64,000 bases of DNA, taken from Candidatus Nanohalarchaeota archaeon. Its GTDB lineage: Archaea > Nanohalarchaeota > Nanosalinia > Nanosalinales > Nanosalinaceae. Below the pieces are notes generated by a model. That model was not told the origin of the DNA. It did not search any database and saw only the letters and a list, made by a program, of their open reading frames with translations. Of this stretch, positions 19,691 through 28,762 are shown one piece after another. The first letter of the stretch is position 1. Every line of letters begins with the position of its first letter. The position numbers and the translations under genes are program-made. The stretch spans positions 928,001-992,000 of the forward strand of contig JALDAJ010000001.1 in NCBI GenBank assembly GCA_022729235.1. The letters are read 5' to 3'.

Positions 19691-20338
19691 GTGTTCGGAA
19701 ATATATCTGATTACAACAAAACTAGGCTTGAGACCGTATACCGAGATGGAGGGATCTATCACACTGATCGATCCTGCATGCCTGATATCATAGTCGGTCT
19801 ATCATTCGGCGCACACACTGACGAGGGCTCTCCAAATTATCATCTGGCTGAGGCGGTAGATATCGCTATGACGGTATTCCCCGAAACTCCCGCACTCGTC
19901 CAGCCCGAAATAGGGAGAATTGAAACCGATAGAGGACGCCTCGAGTCTTATGAACAAGTTTATACCGTAGCAGAACCAATACAAGGTAAGAATAATATAA
20001 AGCCTGATGTTGATACATGGGACGCCATCGAAAAATCATTAGAAATTGCAGAGGAAGAAGACGTGGACGCTTATGAAGCGCTCTACGTGGCACATCCTGC
20101 CCACGTATCAAGAGTTATGAAGACAGGAAGCTACCTGGGTCTGGACGGGGAACCTTTTATTTCAGAGAATAGGCAATGGAGTTCTGAAGATTCTCAATGG
20201 TGGGTAAGAGGACCGATGAGATGGGCGGCTAAGGAACTATTCCTTGCGCGACCATACTGCCACCTGAAAGGGAATACCAGAAGACTCGCAAGCATACCAG
20301 AAGAACTACAGGACATAAGTCAAGAAAGATTTTCGTAA
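19691..20338 (+). CDS. Hypothetical protein, weak YdcF/DUF218-like similarity
   Basis: PN..LA, DT, VAHPAHVSR pattern. Confidence 0.5.
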   Translation: MFGNISDYNKTRLETVYRDGGIYHTDRSCMPDIIVGLSFGAHTDEGSPNYHLAEAVDIAMTVFPETPALVQPEIGRIETDRGRLESYEQVYTVAEPIQGKNNIKPDVDTWDAIEKSLEIAEEEDVDAYEALYVAHPAHVSRVMKTGSYLGLDGEPFISENRQWSSEDSQWWVRGPMRWAAKELFLARPYCHLKGNTRRLASIPEELQDISQERFS

Positions 20339-20373
20339 ATGGACTCTCCCAAAATGAGGAAAGCACTGATTTT

Positions 20374-21222
20374 TCAAGATGTTCGTTTCACAAACTTATA
20401 GGTATACTGCTTTAGAACCCCTTTCTGTATTGTCAGGAGCTGGTAAATTCCTGTGAGCCCGTGGTTGACCTGCATCTTTTCCGTCTTGCCAACTGCGCGC
20501 GTCAGGAAACCTATCGGGAGTAAAAGAACGGCAGCGAGAAAAATCCTGTAGGAAGAAGGCTTTATCCTCTCAGTTATGTCCTCCTTTTCATCAAGTTCAA
20601 GAGGCGTTTTTTCGGCAGCCTCCTCCAGATCGTCCGTGTGAATTAGTCCTTCAAGCAGCCATCCTCGGCACATCTTGTTCTCCAGGTATCTCTCGAGCCC
20701 CGACTTTTCATCTAGATCCGTGAAACCGTCGGAGAGGATTAGAATTCCGTCTTCTTTCAGCAGGTCCGAGAACTGAGAGACCGTGCCCTCGATGTCTTTG
20801 CAGTAACAGAAAGTCTCTATGCCGAATATAAGGTCGAAGCTTTCTTCGGTGTCGATCGACTCAAAATCCGTCTCCCGGAACTCTATCAAGTCCTCGACTC
20901 CTTCCTCCTGCGCTTTCTCTCTGGCTATCTCCAGCGCTTCACCGTTGATGTCGATACCTATGAACTTCGCACCGGTTAACTTTGCCAGCCTGATGGCGTT
21001 ACCTCCCATTCCACACCCTATCTCCAGAATTTTGCTGTCCTCGTTGAGTTCGGCTTTTTCCAGTATCCTTTCCGCCCTTCTCTTCACGGCATCGTCAAAG
21101 CCGTCCGCCTCACCATCGTGGATGCCATAGTGCATCATCCCATGAGAATCAGAGTTCCAGACAAGGTTGTAATGGTAGCGTGAAAGGTTATAGTACTTAT
21201 TGAGTTCCTCTCTCCCGTACAT
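20374..21222 (-). CDS. Class I SAM-dependent methyltransferase (sterol/tocopherol MT-like)
   Basis: MHYG, ILEIGCGMGG, GIDIN, FDLI. Confidence 0.88.
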   Translation of the reverse strand: MYGREELNKYYNLSRYHYNLVWNSDSHGMMHYGIHDGEADGFDDAVKRRAERILEKAELNEDSKILEIGCGMGGNAIRLAKLTGAKFIGIDINGEALEIAREKAQEEGVEDLIEFRETDFESIDTEESFDLIFGIETFCYCKDIEGTVSQFSDLLKEDGILILSDGFTDLDEKSGLERYLENKMCRGWLLEGLIHTDDLEEAAEKTPLELDEKEDITERIKPSSYRIFLAAVLLLPIGFLTRAVGKTEKMQVNHGLTGIYQLLTIQKGVLKQYTYKFVKRTS

Positions 21223-21250
21223 CGCTGTTCACTTCCCAAGCTTATTCTTA

Positions 21251-21324
21251 TGGACTCTCGGGGATTTGAACCCCGGGCCTCTTCCATGCCAAGGAAGCGT
21301 TCTGCCAGGCTGAACTAAGAGCCC
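21251..21324 (-). tRNA. tRNA-Ala(GGC)
   Basis: Reverse complement folds to a cloverleaf: GGGCTCT/AGAGTCC-A with G3:U70, CTTCC-TTGGCAT-GGAAG, GGTTCAAATCC. Confidence 0.96.
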
Positions 21325-21375
21325 CTTAACTTACATACGAAACTCAGCAGGTAAAACCTAAATAACCTGTTGGAG

Positions 21376-22098
21376 CTAAAGCCTCTGCTTGATTTTATCG
21401 ACATACTTATCCGCGAGCCTTGTCGGCTCCGGAAGCTTGTATCCTCCGCCCGTCTTCTCGACTAAATCGACTGCAGTGTCCTCGCTGACACGATGACCGG
21501 AACTGATGTAGAGCGGGTTGATACCTCTCGAAGTCTGTCTGGACTGGTAGGCATAGCCTATGAGCTCTCCGTCCCCAGTTTCAACTGAATCATCCGCAAC
21601 TACTGGTACTCTTTCTCCCTCGTCCAGATCATTTACCTCATCAGTTGTTCGTCCACAAAGCAGTTTTTTCGCAACACCGATAGCAGGAATGTCGAAAAGA
21701 ACCCCTATGTGGGTGGCGATCCCTGCCTGCCGGAAATGGATACGCCCGGAGCCGTCGAGCATCAGTAAGTCTGGTTTAGCGGACAGGCTTTCGAGCGCCT
21801 CGATGATGCAGGAACCCTCTCTGAACGCGAGGAGACCTGGGATGTAAGATATCTCGAGCTCCGCAACCCCGTGACCCCTCTCCATGACCTCCCCGTTCTC
21901 CATCACCACGACTCCACTGACCGCTTTCTCATCTATGAATGCCTGGTCGATGCCCGCGACCTTAACATCTTCCAGCGACCGCGGGAAGTCAAAGTTGTCC
22001 TCGAAGACTGCTTCTTCTGCTATTTCATACTGGAGTTTTTCCATCTCTTTCCGTGATAGTCCGGGCGAGGGCAGGTACTGGGGTTTCTCCGGTTTCAT
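21376..22098 (-). CDS. nfi: Endonuclease V
   Basis: AGID, YIPGLLAFRE, DGSGRIH, GVAK, EPTRLAD. Confidence 0.95.
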   Translation of the reverse strand: MKPEKPQYLPSPGLSRKEMEKLQYEIAEEAVFEDNFDFPRSLEDVKVAGIDQAFIDEKAVSGVVVMENGEVMERGHGVAELEISYIPGLLAFREGSCIIEALESLSAKPDLLMLDGSGRIHFRQAGIATHIGVLFDIPAIGVAKKLLCGRTTDEVNDLDEGERVPVVADDSVETGDGELIGYAYQSRQTSRGINPLYISSGHRVSEDTAVDLVEKTGGGYKLPEPTRLADKYVDKIKQRL

Positions 22099-22146
22099 GT
22101 TTGTTTCCTTACTGTGTGAAAAATAAAAGAGAAAAGATAGACAGAG

Positions 22147-23592
22147 TTACTCCTTCATCATCGGGAAGAGGATGACATCTCTTATCGACTGCTGGTTGGT
22201 GAGGAGCATCACTAAACGGTCAATACCGATACCGAGTCCTCCTGTCGGCGGCATCCCCAGTCCCAGTGCGTTCACAAAGTCCATGTCTATAGGATGTACC
22301 TCGTCATCGCCTTCCTGCTGGCGACGTTGTTCCTCCTCGAAGAGCTCTCTCTGCTGGACCGGGTCACGTAACTCGGTGTAGGCGTTGGTCAGCTCCATTC
22401 CTGCGACGAATGACTCGAACCTCTCTATCAGCCCCTCTTCTTCTCTATGACCCATGCATAGGGGTGTGGTCTCCTGCGGATGATCAACGATATGTGTCGG
22501 CTGGACGAGGTGCTCCTCGGCGACTTCTTCGAAGAGCTCAGCTACTGCTAGTCCCCGTTCATAGTCTGAGTCGAGTTCCGCGCCATGTTCTTCCATTCTC
22601 TGCTGTATTTCCTGATCGCTCAACTCCTCTACGTCGAAACCGCCGTATTCCCGGATCGCTTCTCTCATGGTAAGCCTTCGCCAGGGAGCGGAGAAGTCGA
22701 TTATCTGTCCGCCGTACTCTACCTCCGTGGACCCTGTGACCTGAACAGCTATGTGCTCGACCATCTCTTCTGTCAGCTCCATCATGTCCTCGTAATCGGC
22801 GTAAGCCTGGTAGAGCTCCATCATGGTGAACTCCGGGTTGTGCGTGGTGTCTATCGACTCGTTCCTGAAGTTCCTCGCGACTTCGAATATCCGCTCGAAT
22901 CCGCCTATAACAAGTCTCTTGAGGTACAGCTCCGGCGATATCCTGAGGTAGGCATCCATATCCCGGTCGTTGACGTAGGTCTCGAACGGTCTTGCGTTTG
23001 CACCTCCGTACACCGGCTGGACCACAGGCGTCTCTACCTCAATGAAGTCCCGTTCCTCGAGGAACCGTCTCATCTCTCTGATCACCCGGCTTCTCGTCCT
23101 GAAGGTTTCACGTGCGTCCATATCCACTGTAAGGTGGAGCGGTCTGTCCCGGTATCTCGTTTCCTCATCTTCAAGACCATAGTAATCAGAAGGGATCGTA
23201 CGGACGCCTTTTGTCAGGACCTCCAGTTCGGAGACGTCTAGGGATAGTTCTCCTCTGTCTGTGTAGGTCAGTGTTCCCGTAACTCCGATGATGTCTCCCC
23301 TGTGAAGTCGCTCCTCGATGGATTCAAGGACGGCTTCTTGACGTACCACTGCCTGGATATCCTCTCTTTCGCCTCTGAGATCAAGGAAGGTCAAGTTTCC
23401 GAACTCCCGGATTTCCATCACTCTCCCGGCGATTCTGAACTCGCGGTCAGGCAGCTCCTCATCATTTCCATATTCGACTGCGTCTTCTATCCTGTGCGAG
23501 CGCTCGAAGTTGTAGGCAAAAGCCTCTTCCTGCTCACGTAACTGATGCAGAAGCTCTTCTCTCACTTCTCTTTCAGAACTCACTGGAGACAC
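22147..23592 (-). CDS. lysS: Lysine--tRNA ligase, class II
   Basis: OB-fold N-terminus, GGANARPF, LRISPELYLKRL, FRNESIDTTHNPEF, GMPPTGGLGIGIDRL. Confidence 0.97.
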   Translation of the reverse strand: MSPVSSEREVREELLHQLREQEEAFAYNFERSHRIEDAVEYGNDEELPDREFRIAGRVMEIREFGNLTFLDLRGEREDIQAVVRQEAVLESIEERLHRGDIIGVTGTLTYTDRGELSLDVSELEVLTKGVRTIPSDYYGLEDEETRYRDRPLHLTVDMDARETFRTRSRVIREMRRFLEERDFIEVETPVVQPVYGGANARPFETYVNDRDMDAYLRISPELYLKRLVIGGFERIFEVARNFRNESIDTTHNPEFTMMELYQAYADYEDMMELTEEMVEHIAVQVTGSTEVEYGGQIIDFSAPWRRLTMREAIREYGGFDVEELSDQEIQQRMEEHGAELDSDYERGLAVAELFEEVAEEHLVQPTHIVDHPQETTPLCMGHREEEGLIERFESFVAGMELTNAYTELRDPVQQRELFEEEQRRQQEGDDEVHPIDMDFVNALGLGMPPTGGLGIGIDRLVMLLTNQQSIRDVILFPMMKE

Positions 23593-23709
23593 CGGTATAG
23601 CTGGGACTAGAAGGATTTTGAAGGGTTCTATACGTGTTCGACCTTAAAGCAGTCACCAGTCATTGCAGAACAAGATTAAACAGCAAGCCTTAAAAATCAT
23701 TACTTTATC

Positions 23710-23753
23710 TACGAATATCGTAAAAATATTCATATCTGGATACGAATTTAGAA
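23710..23753. promoter_or_regulatory. Two Lrp/LysM-type operators: TACGAATATCGTA (23710-23722) and TACGAATTTAGAA (23741-23753), next to TATATAAA (23758-23765)
   Basis: Palindromic motif recurring at 26637 and 31779; 31-bp spacing. Confidence 0.7.
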
Positions 23754-23787
23754 AGACTATATAAAAGTTAACTCAAATCCTCAAAAC

Positions 23788-24519
23788 ATGGTTCTTGGAA
23801 ACCTTGATCAGGGTACCCGGAAGCTGATATTTATCTTATGTCTTCCTTTAATAGACGGAGTATTTCCTACGTTACTCGTAACAGGAGCTGTTTCAACGTT
23901 TTCTGATATACTGGCTATAGCCATTACGATATTCGCAGGTGCCGGGGCGCTTGCAGTTCTTTACTCCTATTCGGATTCAGTAAGAGATGCCCAGAGAATG
24001 GTTATCCAATCAGCACCGCTACTTTTGGCAGGAGTTTTCCTGACTGCGTTGGTAGCCCCGATTTTCGAGCAATTATTTTACATCGAGAGACTTAGGTATG
24101 CGGCAGGTCTCGCACTGATAATTATAGGCGCTCAACTGGCAGAAGTATCGCTATCAGAAAGTATACCTGCTTCGGCAATAATAATCGCAGGGATGACCGT
24201 GTCTGTAAAGAACCCTTCCGCATTTGTTATTAACCTTGGATACGTGGCTCCAGCACTAGCAACTGCAATAGCCTCTCTTACTCTTCTGTACCTTGCAACT
24301 TTCCTGAGAAATATTGAGATGTCAATAACACGTCTCCAGAGAGGCTCTGCGATCGTATTATTCACAGTAAGCCTCTCGATGTTCGGATTTAACGTACCAA
24401 CCGAGTTAGGACTTGCGATCTTTGGCGGAGCATTCATCATGTCACTTCAAAGACCTGATATATCCGAAATCAATCCTTTTTACAGAATACTAGAGATGAT
24501 TAACAATGGCAGAATTTGA
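23788..24519 (+). CDS. Multi-TM protein, DUF5794-like
   Basis: LPLIDGVFPTLL..GA motif recalled from a haloarchaeal family; overlaps dapA start. Confidence 0.7.
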   Translation: MVLGNLDQGTRKLIFILCLPLIDGVFPTLLVTGAVSTFSDILAIAITIFAGAGALAVLYSYSDSVRDAQRMVIQSAPLLLAGVFLTALVAPIFEQLFYIERLRYAAGLALIIIGAQLAEVSLSESIPASAIIIAGMTVSVKNPSAFVINLGYVAPALATAIASLTLLYLATFLRNIEMSITRLQRGSAIVLFTVSLSMFGFNVPTELGLAIFGGAFIMSLQRPDISEINPFYRILEMINNGRI

Positions 24520-25456
24520 ACCAGTAGGGATCTTTCCCGCACTCCCTACACCCATCACCGATGATGGATCGATCAATTACGAAGCAGCACAAAACCATAT
24601 AGAATTTCTCGAAGAGCAGGGCGTCCACGGGATAGTGCCCGCCGGGTGTACTGGACACGCCGCAACACTGGGAGACCAGGGAGAGGAAGTGTACGATGAA
24701 CACGTCGAGTTTGTTTCCCGTATCGCAGACATGACCTCGCTACCCATTATCGCAGGAGACGGCATGAACTCGACGGAACAGACGCTTGAGCTCGCATCCA
24801 GGATAGAGGAAGAGGCGGATATCGACGCCCACCTCGTGATCTCGCCTTACCAGAACTGTCCTCCACAGGACCTTATAGTCGAGCACTACCGTAGACTCGC
24901 GGAAGAACTTGAGAAACCGATTATCGCATACAACGTTCCGGGGCGGACAGGAAGGAACATCGAGGCAGAGACTACGCTGGAGCTGGCGAGGATTGATGGT
25001 GTAATAGGCATCAAGGAGGCGTCACTTGACTACCACCAGATACACAGGATAGGAAGGATGCTCCAGGCAGAAGGAATCGACGACTTCTATCTTGGTTCAG
25101 GCGACGACTCTGCGAACCACTTCGTCTTCGAGCAGGGCGGAAGTTTCGCGATTTCAGTATCCGGGAACGTACACCCTGAAGCAGTGGTGGAAGTATGGAG
25201 AGAAGGATACGAGAACCAGGACGCCGTAGCAGCTTACGAGAGAAACCAGGAACTTATGCCTTTACATGACGCGATGTTCCAGCCCGGCGAGAAAAACCCT
25301 ATCTCGGTACAGTATGCGTTGAATCTGGTAGGATTCGACTTTGGAACTCCGCGGGCACCGCTGGACAGGATGCCAAGGCAGGACGATGAATACAGTAACC
25401 AGGAAGAGTTGAGAAACGTACTTGATAGTTACTCCCTCCTTGATGCGGTACAGTGA
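24506..25456 (+). CDS. dapA: 4-hydroxy-tetrahydrodipicolinate synthase (DapA family), atypical active site
   Basis: ALPTP, GCTGH, YNVPGRTG, GIKEAS, SGDD, ISVSGN; adjacent to dapB. Confidence 0.85.
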   Translation: MAEFEPVGIFPALPTPITDDGSINYEAAQNHIEFLEEQGVHGIVPAGCTGHAATLGDQGEEVYDEHVEFVSRIADMTSLPIIAGDGMNSTEQTLELASRIEEEADIDAHLVISPYQNCPPQDLIVEHYRRLAEELEKPIIAYNVPGRTGRNIEAETTLELARIDGVIGIKEASLDYHQIHRIGRMLQAEGIDDFYLGSGDDSANHFVFEQGGSFAISVSGNVHPEAVVEVWREGYENQDAVAAYERNQELMPLHDAMFQPGEKNPISVQYALNLVGFDFGTPRAPLDRMPRQDDEYSNQEELRNVLDSYSLLDAVQ

Positions 25457-25460
25457 TAGA

Positions 25461-26201
25461 ATGCTGAAAATAGCTGTTACCGGTGCAGAGGGCAGAATGG
25501 GGTCTGAGGTAAGGGATGCTATCGCGGAAAAAAGCGGCGTGCAGACAGTTCTGGCAGTTGACCAATCACCTACAGAAGCCGAAGACGAGGAGAACTTTCA
25601 GGAGCTTATAAGTGAACACAACGCGGATATAGTGATAGATTTCACCACCCCCGAAGCTACTCTTCGCTACGCCGAGATATGCGCTGGGGAAGAAGTACCC
25701 CTGGTTACCGGGACCACTGGCTTAAGCGAGGAAGAGTTTGAACAACTGGAGGAGCTCTCACTTGATACAGCGATACTCCACGCCTCGAACTTCTCACAGG
25801 GTATACAGGCGCTCAGGAACGCTCTTCAAGACGCCGTGTCATCACTCCCAGGATATGATATAGAGATAGTCGAGACCCACCATAACAGGAAAACTGACGC
25901 GCCGAGCGGGACCGCGAAGACGATACTGGAAGATGTACAGGCGCAGAGAGAGGTAGAATCGACGGTTCACGGCAGAGAAGGCGAACAGCCGAGAGATGAC
26001 GGAGAAATCGGTGTTCACGCGGTCCGGGCTGGTAATGTGAGAGGAGAGCACAGAGTGATAATCGCAGGAAATGATGAAGTTCTCTCTATCAACCACCGAT
26101 CCGAGTCCCGCCAGGTATTTGCACAGGGTGCTATAGAAGCAGCGGAATGGCTTGTAAAGCAGGATAAAGGATTCTACAGTTTCGAGGAAGTACTGGAATA
26201 G
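25461..26201 (+). CDS. dapB: 4-hydroxy-tetrahydrodipicolinate reductase
   Basis: GAEGRMG, DFTTP, GTTG, NFS, ETHHNRKTDAPSGTA, FAQGA. Confidence 0.96.
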   Translation: MLKIAVTGAEGRMGSEVRDAIAEKSGVQTVLAVDQSPTEAEDEENFQELISEHNADIVIDFTTPEATLRYAEICAGEEVPLVTGTTGLSEEEFEQLEELSLDTAILHASNFSQGIQALRNALQDAVSSLPGYDIEIVETHHNRKTDAPSGTAKTILEDVQAQREVESTVHGREGEQPRDDGEIGVHAVRAGNVRGEHRVIIAGNDEVLSINHRSESRQVFAQGAIEAAEWLVKQDKGFYSFEEVLE

Positions 26202-26603
26202 TCACGTGCTCCGGGTGTTGAGAACCGTAAATGTTGTCGTGTCGGAGACTCCATCTAGGGCTCTGATAGCGTCGAGAACACTGTTGACCTGCTGCATGCT
26301 CTCACGGGAAAACCGGACTATAAGATCGTACCCTCCAGCGACCTCGTATACCTCAAGACTTCCAGGCATCTCCTCGGAGAGACCGTTTATGTTCACATTG
26401 GGCTCGAGATCGACCATCACTACCGCTGATGCTTCATCAGATACCTCGACCGTAAATCTCTCTATCGCTCCTTCCTCCTTTAAACTTTCAACCCGGTTCC
26501 TGACGGTTCCCTCGGAGACCCCGAGTTCATCCGCTATATCGGTGTAGGGTGTCCGGGCGTCCTCTTTCAAAACATCCAGTATCTTTCGATCAGTCTCGTC
26601 CAT
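26202..26603 (-). CDS. Lrp/AsnC transcriptional regulator (LysM-like)
   Basis: DETDRKIL..L..DARTPYTDIA..LGVSEGTVRNRV HTH plus RAM domain; divergent from lysW. Confidence 0.92.
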   Translation of the reverse strand: MDETDRKILDVLKEDARTPYTDIADELGVSEGTVRNRVESLKEEGAIERFTVEVSDEASAVVMVDLEPNVNINGLSEEMPGSLEVYEVAGGYDLIVRFSRESMQQVNSVLDAIRALDGVSDTTTFTVLNTRST

Positions 26604-26636
26604 ACAGTTACACTCTCACCCGACGGTTAAATATAT

Positions 26637-26649
26637 TTCGATTTTCGTA
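26637..26649. promoter_or_regulatory. Lrp/LysM-type operator TTCGATTTTCGTA between regulator and lysW
   Basis: Matches motif at 23710 and 31779; upstream of TTTTAAAA (26665-26672). Confidence 0.7.
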
Positions 26650-26708
26650 ATAATATTAGAGAAGTTTTAAAATATTTGGACATATATCTTCGATTTACAG
26701 GTGATAAG

Positions 26709-26885
26709 ATGACAAATCAAACAGCAGAATGTGTTGAATGCGGTTCAAGCTTGGAAATCCCGGAAGATGTTGAAAGAGGCGAGATTATCGACTGCAGTAC
26801 GTGCGGAGCAGAACTGGAAGTAGTTGAAGAAGATCCGGTAGATATCGAGGAAGCTCCTGAACTCGAAGAGGACTGGGGGGAATAG
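26709..26885 (+). CDS. lysW: Amino-group carrier protein LysW/ArgW
   Basis: CVECG...CSTCG zinc ribbon, C-terminal EEDWGE; AGGTGA SD. Confidence 0.97.
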   Translation: MTNQTAECVECGSSLEIPEDVERGEIIDCSTCGAELEVVEEDPVDIEEAPELEEDWGE

Positions 26886-26888
26886 ATT

Positions 26889-27746
26889 TTGCATATCGGA
26901 TTCCTTTACTCCCGTATAAGAAAGGACGAGAAGCTCCTCCTCAATGAATTACGAGACAGAGGTCACGAAGTGACCAAGATAGATATTAGAGAGCAGCAGT
27001 TCGGGCTTTCCGGACCTAAAGGAGATTCTGTGGATGTCAGCGATCTCGATATAATACTGAACCGGTGTATGTCGACGTCCCGGGGTATATACGCCACCAG
27101 GATGTACGAATCATACGGCGTAAAAGTTGTGAACAGCTCTGGCACAGCAGAAACCTGTGCAGACAAGGTCGAGACCAGCCTTACGTTAAAAGAAGCTGGA
27201 GTACCTACTCCCCGGACCGAGGTCGCATTCACAGAAGAAAGTGCGCTCGAGGTTATCGAGAGGTTCGGTTACCCATGTGTCGTGAAACCAGTCACAGGGT
27301 CGTGGGGAAGACTGCTTGCAAAGGTGGACAGCCGTCATTCAGCAGAGGCTGTTCTTGAACACAAGTCTACCCTTGGTCACTACGAGCACAGTATTTTCTA
27401 TATACAGGAGTTCGTAGAGAAACCCGGCCGCGACATAAGAGTACTCGCCGTCGACGGCGAACCTGTAGCTTCTATCGCGAGAAAGGCTGACCACTGGATA
27501 ACCAATACTTCACGCGGGGCAGAATCCGAACAGTTCGAACTGGACGAAGAAGCCAGGGAAATAGTCAGGGACGCAAACAACGCAGTTGGAGGAGGACTCC
27601 TGGGAATCGATCTCATGGAGACCGGTGACAGCTATACTGTCCACGAGGTAAACCACGGCACGGAGTTCAAGAACATACACCGCGTTACCGATGTCGATGT
27701 CCCTGCAGGTATAATTAACTGGATAGAGTCAGAGGTGGAAAGATGA
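26889..27746 (+). CDS. lysX: LysX/ArgX ATP-grasp ligase
   Basis: KPVTGSWGRL, QEFVEKPGRDIR, HWITNT, EVNH. Confidence 0.95.
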   Translation: MHIGFLYSRIRKDEKLLLNELRDRGHEVTKIDIREQQFGLSGPKGDSVDVSDLDIILNRCMSTSRGIYATRMYESYGVKVVNSSGTAETCADKVETSLTLKEAGVPTPRTEVAFTEESALEVIERFGYPCVVKPVTGSWGRLLAKVDSRHSAEAVLEHKSTLGHYEHSIFYIQEFVEKPGRDIRVLAVDGEPVASIARKADHWITNTSRGAESEQFELDEEAREIVRDANNAVGGGLLGIDLMETGDSYTVHEVNHGTEFKNIHRVTDVDVPAGIINWIESEVER

Positions 27747-28762
27747 GTGAGTACACCGCATCGATAATAGGCGGGAGCGGTTACACTGGAGGCGAACTAC
27801 TGAGAATACTCCGGAAACACCCTGACTTCGAAGCAGTCCAGACTACAAGCCGTAGTTACTCTGGTAGAAAGGTAGGCTCGATACACCCCGACCTGAGAGA
27901 TGCAGACCTGAGATTTTCAGAAGGTGAAGAACTCGAAGAGGTAGATGTGCTTTTCTCTGCAACGCCAAAAGGCGTGACGATGGAGAATATCGACAGGTAC
28001 AGGGCGGTGGCGGATAAGGTTGTAGACTTGAGCTCTGACTTCAGGCTTAACGATATAGACGCGTACCGTGAATGGTACGGAGAGCACGAACGACCAGACA
28101 TTATCCAGCAGTTCGAGTACGCACTGCCAGAAGTCAACCGGGAAAACCTCTCCAGTGCAGACCTCATCGCAGCAGGCGGGTGCAACGCGACAGCATCCAT
28201 TCTCGGTCTCTACCCGCTGAGAGAGATACTGTCGGAGGATATAAAGATCATAGTTGACGCAAAGGTCGGGTCGTCAGAGGGCGGTTCCGGTGGCGGAAGG
28301 TCGTCTTCGCATGCCGAAAGGTCGGGTATTATCCGTCCGTATGCACCCACAGAACACAGGCACGCCGCCGAGGTCAGCCAGGCAGTAGGTGTTGAAGCAG
28401 ACTTCACAGCCCACGCCGTGGAGATGGTGAGAGGTGCGTACGCGACGATTCACGTTATGCAGGATATTGAGAAAAAGGATATGTGGAAAAGGTTCAGGGA
28501 AGAATATGGGGAAGAACCCTTTGTACGGTTCACCTCAGGCTCCGGCATCTACAGGTATCCCCAGCCGAAGAACGTTGCAGGCACTAACTACGGCGAAATC
28601 GGTTTTGAGACAGGTGAAGGAAGGGTCGTGATTTTCTCGGCTATAGACAACCTGGTGAAAGGTTCAGCAGGACAGGCTGTCCAGGCAGTAAACATATCTC
28701 TCGGTCTCGAAGAGACTCGTGGTCTTGGATTTGAAGGTATACACCCCTCTGGAACGCCTTAA
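27743..28762 (+). CDS. lysY: LysW-aminoacyl-phosphate reductase LysY/ArgC
   Basis: GGSGYTGGELLR, DLSSDFR, GGCNAT, DNLVKGSAGQA. Confidence 0.93.
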   Translation: MSEYTASIIGGSGYTGGELLRILRKHPDFEAVQTTSRSYSGRKVGSIHPDLRDADLRFSEGEELEEVDVLFSATPKGVTMENIDRYRAVADKVVDLSSDFRLNDIDAYREWYGEHERPDIIQQFEYALPEVNRENLSSADLIAAGGCNATASILGLYPLREILSEDIKIIVDAKVGSSEGGSGGGRSSSHAERSGIIRPYAPTEHRHAAEVSQAVGVEADFTAHAVEMVRGAYATIHVMQDIEKKDMWKRFREEYGEEPFVRFTSGSGIYRYPQPKNVAGTNYGEIGFETGEGRVVIFSAIDNLVKGSAGQAVQAVNISLGLEETRGLGFEGIHPSGTP

